Shown in pieces: positions 9,329 to 18,000 of a DNA stretch of 64,000 nucleotides. This stretch comes from Nitrosopumilus sp. (GTDB taxonomy: Archaea; Thermoproteota; Nitrososphaeria; Nitrososphaerales; Nitrosopumilaceae): assembly GCA_965205215.1 (NCBI GenBank), contig OZ242041.1, positions 1,216,001 to 1,280,000 on the forward strand. Reading direction: 5' to 3'. Numbering within the stretch: the stretch's first letter is position 1; each line of letters begins with the position of its first letter. Below the pieces are notes generated by a model. It did not search any database and was not told the origin of the DNA. It saw nothing but the letters and a program-made list of their open reading frames with translations. The position numbers were made by a program, and so were the translations under genes.

Positions 9329-10786
9329 TTACTGCTGCTCGTGGTGGTGGTGGTGATGGTGGTGTTGATGGTGGTGTTGATGGTGGTGTTGCAGCTGCTG
9401 CGCCCCCTGCGCCGCCCCGTCCGGCCCCCTGCGCCGCCCCGTCCGGCCCCCGCCCCCGCGCCCCCCGGGCCGGAACGCCTCCGAGTCCAGATACCTCTCA
9501 ATGCTGCTGAACACGTTGATCCTCCACGACGCCTTGGCGTACTCTGCGCGCAGCGTCTCGGGGTACAGCTCGGACTGCTTCTCGTACGAGTCGCGCGGGG
9601 AGTGGCCCAGCACGTGGTCTGCCGCGTACGGCGCGCACCCCGAGGCCAGCAGCGTGCTCTTCAGCAGGTCGCGCACCTCGTGCGAGCGCATCCTGTAGGT
9701 GTGCGGGGAGGCCCTCCTCTGTATGCCGGCGCTTGCCGCGGCCCTGGAGAACCTTTCGGATATCCAGCCCGGCCCGACCGGAGCCCCCCGCCGGGTGACA
9801 AACAGCGGCCCTGCCCCGTCGTGCCTCTTCCCCCCGCGCGCGTGCTCACTCGACGCCAGGTAGTCCCGCAGGAGGGACACCGCGTCCCTGTCTATGAACG
9901 TGGTGTACCGCATGCCCGTCTTGACGCGGACCAGCTTGATGGGGACGGGGCACCGGTCCAGGTCCCACGCGGAGCGGTCCTCCGTCCCAAAGTGCTTTAC
10001 TATCTGGGGGTACGCCTCGAAGTTGAACCTGTCTGCCATGGTGCTGGCGTCCAGCCCGGCCTGGAACTTTGCCATCATCACGGCGCGCGCCGTGACGTCC
10101 ATCCTCCCGGACACCATCACCTTGTAAAAGTCCATGAGGCTCATCCCGGGGTCGGCTGCGGCGCCGCGGCCGCCGCCGTTGTCGCCGCCGCGGCGCCTCC
10201 TGCCGACCTTCACGTCGACCCTCACGTCGTGCGCGGCAAAGTACGACTTTACGGCGGCGCACCTGAGCATGGTCGTGTTCGCGGAATAGCCGGATCCTGC
10301 CAGCTCCGCCACGTACCGCCTGACTGCGCGGCGCGCGGCCTGCGCGCCGTTTGCCTCGCAGAATTTCAACAGTTCCTCCACGTCCGAGAACGCTGCACCC
10401 GCCTCGCCCCCCGCCGGGAGCCTGGCATCCGGCAGCCACCTGTTGAACGCCTCGAGCTCCTCCGCGTACGTCTGCCTGGTGCCACCCCTCCTCCTCCTTG
10501 CGCCGCCGGTGTTCTTCAGCCTGGACGTGCCCAGCTGGCCCAGCCAGAACCTGACGCTCTCCAGCTCCAGCACGCGGCAGTCCGGATTTGCCCCTTGGAT
10601 TATCCCGCGGGAGCAGGCCCATTTTATGGCGCGCTCCACGGCGCGCCGGTCCCCGCCCCCGGCCGCCAGCCGGCCCGCCTCGACGTATCCGGCCGCCGGC
10701 AGCAGTTCCAATATTGGCGCGATGTCGCGCCCCGCCTCTTCCAGTTCCTTGCTGTCTGCGGGGCGCAGCACCTCGTAGTAAGGCAC
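9329..10786 (-). CDS. Tyrosine recombinase, paralog B (poly-His tail; in-frame TAA, homologous tail continues to 9023)
   Basis: Highly similar to 7141..8733 with the same motifs. GTG start, because ACG sits where paralog A has ATG. Confidence 0.88.
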   Translation of the reverse strand: MPYYEVLRPADSKELEEAGRDIAPILELLPAAGYVEAGRLAAGGGDRRAVERAIKWACSRGIIQGANPDCRVLELESVRFWLGQLGTSRLKNTGGARRRRGGTRQTYAEELEAFNRWLPDARLPAGGEAGAAFSDVEELLKFCEANGAQAARRAVRRYVAELAGSGYSANTTMLRCAAVKSYFAAHDVRVDVKVGRRRRGGDNGGGRGAAADPGMSLMDFYKVMVSGRMDVTARAVMMAKFQAGLDASTMADRFNFEAYPQIVKHFGTEDRSAWDLDRCPVPIKLVRVKTGMRYTTFIDRDAVSLLRDYLASSEHARGGKRHDGAGPLFVTRRGAPVGPGWISERFSRAAASAGIQRRASPHTYRMRSHEVRDLLKSTLLASGCAPYAADHVLGHSPRDSYEKQSELYPETLRAEYAKASWRINVFSSIERYLDSEAFRPGGRGGGGRTGRRRGPDGAAQGAQQLQHHHQHHHQHHHHHHHHEQQ

Positions 10787-10806
10787 CGTGTTCAGTCACC
10801 CTTTCT

Positions 10807-10908
10807 TTAGTATGTGGTGCCCCCTGCGGGCGCCGCGGATCGGCCGGAATCCTCCACCCACCCGAAGTGGACTGTGCCGAGCGGCGGGGGGACGCGCATG
10901 AGAAGCAT
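10807..10908 (-). CDS. Putative 33-aa upstream ORF / conserved leader of recombinase B
   Basis: MLLMRVPPPLGTVHFGWVEDSGRSAAPAGGTTY*; 17/33 identical to 8750..8851 with no indels. Confidence 0.35.
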   Translation of the reverse strand: MLLMRVPPPLGTVHFGWVEDSGRSAAPAGGTTY

Positions 10909-10928
10909 GAGATAATTAGCGCTCCTGC

Positions 10929-10949
10929 CCTATTAACCCTGTTTCCAAA
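10929..10949 (-). promoter_or_regulatory. Putative BRE/TATA for the recombinase B unit
   Basis: Minus strand ttggaaacagggttaatag, the same motif as at about 8872-8892. Confidence 0.5.
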
Positions 10950-11647
10950 TCCGGCGCCCCGCCCTTCCCCGCAGTCGCGCCGCCGCCTCCGCCGCCTGTG
11001 CGCCCCTTGCGCGCTGCGGCGGCCCCCGCGTACCGGACGCCGCCCCCCCCGACCCGTGCGGCGGCCGCCAGCCGGGATCCGCGCGTGCCCGCCGCGGGCC
11101 TGCCGATCTCCTCCGCGGCAGCGCTCCTCCGCGGCACGGCGCAGCAGGCGCCTTCGCCGGCCGGCATCCCCGCCGCCGGCGCGTCAGGGCTTCGCCGGCC
11201 GTCGGACGCCGGCCCCGGCCCCGCGCCCCCCGATGCCGCAGCCGGTCTGCGCAGGCAGCCCGCGCCGCCCCCCGGCGCGGGCGCCAGAAGCGGCGCGGGC
11301 GCCGTCAGGGCCCCCGGCCGCCATGTGTGGCGCGCGCCGGGGGCCGAGGCGCGGGGGCGAGATCGGACGGCCGCCAAAGCCGGGCGGCGACGGCCGCGAC
11401 GGCGGGTTCTCACGGCCGGTGTATGCAGGATGGCATTATGGCGGCGGCCTCCAGACCGCTCCCCCCCCCGGTCCGGAATGGGGCGGCGCCGGCATCTGGC
11501 CCGATAGGCATTTAGCCAGATCTGGCCAAGGGGATCGCGGGTTGCTACCCATTCTGCAATCCCCGGCCGCCACCTATCCCTTTGACGTGTGGGTGGCGGC
11601 CGTGCCCGGCTTCCGAACCCGCGACAGGGCCAAATTTTACACTATTT

Positions 11648-11675
11648 TGCCGGCATAAGGATCATTATACCGCAT
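11648..11675. promoter_or_regulatory. dif/lox-like recombination site L (11-6-11)
   Basis: TGCCGGCATAA-GGATCA-TTATACCGCAT. Confidence 0.7.
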
Positions 11676-11700
11676 AGTTACAGGGTCACGTCCCACAAGG

Positions 11701-11718
11701 CTTATTTAAGATTTTCAA
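11701..11718. promoter_or_regulatory. TATA-like box inside the putative invertible segment
   Basis: cttatttaagattttcaa; the minus strand reads gaaaat-CTTAAATA (BRE+TATA-like). Confidence 0.5.
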
Positions 11719-11795
11719 TGGCGGATTTTTCCCGCGCGTTATGCCGGCAAGTTTTCCGGCATAACGATCCGAATATTTGCAAAAATGCCGAAAAC

Positions 11796-11823
11796 TTCCG
11801 GCATAATGATCCTTATGCAGGCA
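11796..11823. promoter_or_regulatory. dif/lox-like recombination site R, inverted relative to L
   Basis: TTCCGGCATAA-TGATCC-TTATGCAGGCA; the spacer is the exact reverse complement of the site L spacer. Confidence 0.7.
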
Positions 11824-12007
11824 ATGTACGGCGCACAAGGCGTCTAGACGTGGGGGAGGGGACGCCCTGTGCGCCGCGGATCCCGCACTGCGGGACGCCC
11901 GGGTTCCAGACGGCCGCCCCTTCGGGGGCCGCAGGCGCCGCGCCCGCGGCGGCCTCCCCGGGGGGGGGGGGCGGCGTCCGGCCCCTGGATCGGTAGGTGC
12001 GCCTGAT

Positions 12008-15000
12008 ATGGGTAGGCGGCGGTTCGCGCAAACCCTGTGCCTTGCGGCCATACTTGCATTGGCGGCCGCGGCCCTCGCGGCGCCGGAGGGGCTCGCGGAG
12101 CCCGCCCTTGCGCAGGCCCTGCTTGACAACCCCGTGGCCGCCGGCAGTATTGCGGACACCGGCGATATCCTGCTTCGCGAAGCAACAAAAATTACCACCT
12201 TCGAGGTGGACGGCACCGTCTACGCGATAGTCACCATAACGTCAGAGACCTCGCATGCCGGCATCCAGATACTCAACCTCTCAAATCCCGCCGCCCCGAC
12301 CGCGGCAGGCAACCTGTCAGACACCGCGGACCTCCTGCTTACTTTCTCGCATGACGCGGCCGTCTTTACGGTCTCCGGCAACACGTACGCCGCAGTGACC
12401 TCGCCCGGAGACGGCGGCGTCCAGATGCTCCAGCTGGCAGACTCCGGCGGGCTGCTTGCAAACCCGACGGCCGCCGGAAATATTGAAGACGGCGGCGGGC
12501 GCCTGCTCGGCAACGCGAAAGACATATCCCTCTTTGAGGTCTCCGGCGCCACGTACGCGGCAGTGGCCGGAGGCGCCCGTTTCGGAGACAACGGCGTCCA
12601 GATGCTAAAGCTTACGAGTGACACGGGGACCCTGCTTGCAAACCCCAGGGACGCCGGAAAGATTGCAGACAACAACTCCCTCCTGCTTGAAGGCGCCGAC
12701 GGCATCGCCACCTTTGAGGTCTCCGACGCCATATACGCCGCGGTCGCCGCAGGCCGCGACGACGGCGTCCAGATGCTAAAGCTTACAAACGACGCGGGGA
12801 CCGCCCTGCTTTCAAGCCCCGAGGACGCCGGAAAGATTGCAGACGGCGGCTCCCTCCTGCTTGACGGCGCCGATGGCATCGCCACCTTTGAGGTCTCCGG
12901 CGCCATATACGCCGCGGTCGCCGCAAGTGGCGACAACGGCGTCCAGATGCTAAAGCTTACAAACGACGCGGGGACCGCCCTGCTTGCAAACCCCACGGAC
13001 GCCGGAAACATTGAAGACGGCGGCTCCCTCCTGCTCGACAACCCTGATGACATCACCATCCTCACGGCGTCCGGCACCATATACGCCGCGGTCACCGCAA
13101 GTGGCGACAACGGCGTCCAGATGCTAAAGCTTGCAAACTCCAGCGGGCTGCTTGCAAACCCGGAGGACGCGGGAAAGATTGAAGACGACGGCGATACCCT
13201 GCTTGAAAGTCCGACCGGAATCGCAACATTCGAGGATTCCGGAACAACGTACGCCGCGGTCGCCGCACTCTTCGAAGACGGCGTCCAGATACTGCAGCTC
13301 ACCGCCGCCGGCACCCCCGCCGACAACACCGCGCCGACTGTGGACGCGGGGGCGGCCCAGACCGTAAGCGAGGGCGATATGGTGACGCTGACGGGCACCG
13401 CCACGGACCCCGACGATAGCGACGTTCTGACGTACGCGTGGACGGTGAGCCCCGCAACCCCCGCCATTACCATAAACGACGACGACGCCCTCTCGACCAC
13501 GTTCACGGCCCCCGAGGTCACAACGGACACCGACTTTGTATTCACGCTTACCGTAAACGACGGCACCGTGGACGTATCGGACACCGTTACGGTCACCGTA
13601 AGCAACGTGAACCGCGCGCCCATAGCGGACGCCGGGGGCGACCTCATAGTCGCGCAGGGCGTCACCGTAATGCTTGACGGCACCGGCTCGTACGATCCGG
13701 ACGGCGGCGTCCTCGACTACACCTGGCTCTCGATCGGGAATGTCGTCACGCTCACGGGCGGCAACACCGCGACCCCGACGTTCACGGCCCCCTCCTCTAC
13801 TGCAACATTCATCATCGCCCTTGTCGTCAACGACGGGGAACACAATGACCGGGACGAAATCACGGTAACCGTCCCCGCGCTGCCGGTATCGGACGCCGGC
13901 TCGGACGTCCCCGCGCTTGCAGGCGACACCGTTGCGCTCAACGGCACCGGCTCGACGGGCACCGCCCTCACGTACTTTTGGAACCAGACGGCCGGCCCCG
14001 ACGTAACGCTCGACTTTATAGACGTCCGGCCGGTGGGCTGGATTGGGGACACCGAGCCTGACGGGCTCCTGCTCCACAATCCGCTCGGCGTCGCGGCATT
14101 CGAGCACGGCGGAACGCCGTATGTGGTCGCGGCCGCAAACGTCGACAACGCCGTCCAGGTAATCGACATGTCCGACCCCGCAAGCCCGGCGGCCGTAGGC
14201 AACCTTACTGACGGCGACAGCCGCGAGCTCAGCGGCCCCCGCGGCATCGACATATTCGAGCACGGCGGCACCATATACGCCGCGGTCACCGCCGAACGTG
14301 ACGACGGCGTCGAGATAGTCAGTTTGGCCGACCCCGCAAACCCGGCGGGGGTGGGCCGCCTCACCAACGATAACAACCGCGAGCTCAACGGCCCCCGCGG
14401 CATCGACATATTCGAGCTCGGCGGCACCGCGTATGCGGCGGTGGCCGGGCGTGACGACGACGGCGTCCAGATAATCAGCCTGGCCGACCCCGCAAACCCG
14501 GCTGCGGCGGGCAAGATTGGCAGGGGCGCCAACGTCCAACTTGACAACCCCGAGGACGTCGCCGTATTCGGACACTCCGGCGCCACGTATGCGGCGGTCA
14601 CCGCGACCAACGACGACACCGTCCTGATACTGAAACTGACGGACGGCTCGGGGCAGCTGCTTGCAGACCCCGTAGTGGCAGGCCTGCTCGAAGACAACTC
14701 CACCCTGGCGTTAGAAGACCCCCGCAACATCGACATATTCGAGGCAGGCGGCACCGCGTACGCCGCGGTCGCCTCATCCTCAGACCACGGCGTCCAGATA
14801 ATCAGCCTGGCGGACCCCGCAAACCCGGCTGCGGCGGGCAAGATCGTAGCCTCTGACGGCTCTGGCCTTCATCTTGGGACTGCCTATGGCATCGACATAT
14901 TCGAGGTCAACGGGGCGCCGTACGCCGCGGTCACCGCACAGGCCGGTCTTGGTAACGTCGAGATAATCGATTTGTCCGACCCCGCAAACCCCGAGCGCGT

Positions 15001-18000
15001 GGGCGACTTTCACAGCAACGCCACCTTCCAATTACCCAATACGAACGGCGTCGCCGCCTTCGAGGTCGGCACCAAGACCTACGCGGCGGTCACCTCGGCC
15101 GATTTCGTCGACATTCCCCTCAACGGCATCCGGGTCCTCGAGCTGGCCGACCGCGCCGCCCCCAGATTCACGGCGCCCGCCGCCCCCGCCACCCTCGAGT
15201 TCGACCTCGCCGTAACGGACGCGGCGTCCCAGGCCGACACCGACTCCGTGACGGTCGCCGTCCGCGACCCGTTTGTCACCACCTGGAACACCACTGCCGC
15301 CAACCAGGCCATAAAGATCGACGTCGGCACCTCCACCGCCCCCTACGACGTCGACTGGGGCGACGGCTCCGCGCAGACGGGCGTCACGGGCGACCAGACC
15401 CACACGTATGGGGAGGCGGGCATCCACACGGTCTCCATCACCGGCGGCCTCGAGCAGTTCAGGCTCGGCGACACGGACAGGGCCAACAGGGAGCGCCTCG
15501 CCTCCATAGAGCAGTGGGGCGACGTCGGGTGGACCGGCATGCGGGACGCGTTCCGGGGGGCGTCGAACATGGCATACAACGCCGCCGACTCGCCGGACCT
15601 CTCCGGCGTCACCGACATGGGCGGCATGTTCCGCGAGGCCACCGCGTTCAACGGCGACATATCCGGCTGGGACACCTCCGGCATAACCGACATGTCCGAC
15701 GCGTTCAACGGCGCCCGCTCCTTCAACCGGACCCTCAGCGACTGGAACACCTCGTCCGTCACCGACATGGGCAACATGTTCAACGGCGCCCACGCGTTCA
15801 ACGGCGACATATCCGGCTGGGACACCTCCCGCGTCACCGACATGGGCGGCATGTTCAACGGCGCCATAGCATTCAACCGGGACATCAACACCGTGACCGA
15901 CACGGCCACCGGCGAAACCCGGTGGGACACCTCGTCCGTCACCGACATGGGCCGCATGTTCAGCGGCGCCGCCGCCTTCAACGGCAACGTATCAGCCTGG
16001 GACACCTCGTCCGTCACCGACATGAACCGCATGTTCTTCTCGGCCCAGGCGTTCGACCAGGACATCGGCGCGTGGGACGTCTCGGCCGCCACCGACATGG
16101 ACCGCATGCTCACCGGCGCCACCGCCTTCTCCCAGAACCTCGGAAAGTGGTACGTCACGCTGGACACGGACGCCCCCCGGGTGTCGGATACGGACAGGGT
16201 GGCGGGCACCATATCGGCCCAGAACTCCGTGCTTGACGGCCACTCCCCCTCGTACGCCGCCGCGGCGGAGGGCGACTCGGCAAAGTTCGAGGTGACGGCG
16301 GCCAAGGTCCTCAGGCTGAAGGACGGCCAGACGGTCACGCCGGACACGACGCTCGAGGTTACGGTAACGGTCAACGGCACGGGCGTCCTTGGGACGGGCA
16401 ACAGCGTGACGGTACCGGTCGCCGCCGCGGCCTCCGCAAACACCGCGCCTACCGTCAACGCGGGTACGGACCGGGCGGTGAACGAGCGCACCGTCGTGAC
16501 GCTGGCGGGCACCGCCACGGACCCCGATACGGGCGACAGCCTGACGTACGCGTGGACGGTGAGCCCCGCATCCCCCGCAATCACGATAACCAACAGCGAC
16601 GCGCTCAGCGCCAGCTTTACGGCCCCCGAGGTGACATCGGACACCGACTTTGTATTCACGCTTACGGTAAACGACGGGACCGTGGACGCAACGGACACCG
16701 TCACAATCACCGTAAGCAACGTCAACCGCGCGCCTACGGCGGACGCCGGGGCCGACCAGGCGGTCAACGAGAGGGAGGCCGTGACGTTTGATGGCAGGGG
16801 CTCGTCTGACCCGGACGGCGACGACCTCACGTATTCTTGGAGCCAGACTGCCGGCAGCCCCACCGCATCGCCCACGTCCACCGACGGCCCAATACTCGCG
16901 TTTGTCGCCCCCGAGGTGTCATCGGACGCCGTCCTCACCTTTACGCTTACCGTATCCGACGGCGGCTCCCTGTCAGGCACGGACACGGTCAACGTAACCA
17001 TAAGGAACGTCAACCTCCCGCCTACGGCGGATGCCGGCGCGGACCAGGCCGCAGACGAGAACACCGTCGTGACGCTTGACGGCTCCGGCTCGTCGGACCC
17101 CGACGGCGACCGCCTCTTGTATTCGTGGAAGCAGACTGCGGGCAGCCCCACCGTGTCGCTCTCAAGCAACACCGCGCAGAGCCCCACGTTCACGGCCCCG
17201 GCGGTCAACGCCGAGACGGCCCTCACCTTCAGGCTTGCCGTAAGCGACGGGACGGCGGACGTCGACACCGACACCGTCGTGGTAACGGTGCGGGACGTGT
17301 CCGACCTGACGGTAAGCGCGGGCGCGGACCGGGATGTAGACGAGGGTGACACGGTCACGCTGGCCGCGACGGTATCAAACGCCACGCTGCGGGTCACCTT
17401 TGAGTGGACCACAGATTCGAGCATCGCCATATCGGACGACGACACCAGGAGCGCCTCGTTTACGGCGCCAATGGTCGACTCGGACACCGACTATACCTTT
17501 ACCGTCACGGCCACCGACGGCAACAAGACGGCGACCGACTCCGTTGTCATAACCGTGCTAGACGTCCCCCTGGCGGTCGACGCGGGTGAGGACCGGACCG
17601 CAGACGAGGGCTCTACGGTGGACCTTGCGGGGACGGTGGAGGGCGCCTCCCTGCAGGTTTCCTTTGCGTGGACCACAGATTCGGGCATTGCACTGTCGGG
17701 CAGCGGCACCCGGAGCGCCTCGTTCACCGCCCCCATGGTCGACGCCGACACGCAGTACACCTTTACGCTCACGGCCACCGACGGCGCCGAGACCGCGTCC
17801 GATACCGTCACGATAACCGTCGCCGACTCGCTGCCGCTCGAGGCGGACGCGGGGAGAGACCGCACCGTCCGCGGGGGCGACTCCGTCACCCTTACGGGGA
17901 CCGTGCGCAACGCCGCGTCCTCCAGCCCCACATACTCGTGGACCCAGACGGCGGGCACCCCCGCAGTATCCCTGAGCGGCAGCTCCACCCCCGCCGCCAC

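Noticed and set aside
8732-11658. ORFs 8732..10810 and 10588..11658 on the + strand
   Set aside because: Antisense to the recombinase or Arg/Pro-rich low complexity, with no motifs.
11960-11971. G12 tract upstream of the adhesin as a second switch
   Set aside because: Non-coding; similar G-runs occur at about 57709, 60728 and 62133 without a clear role.
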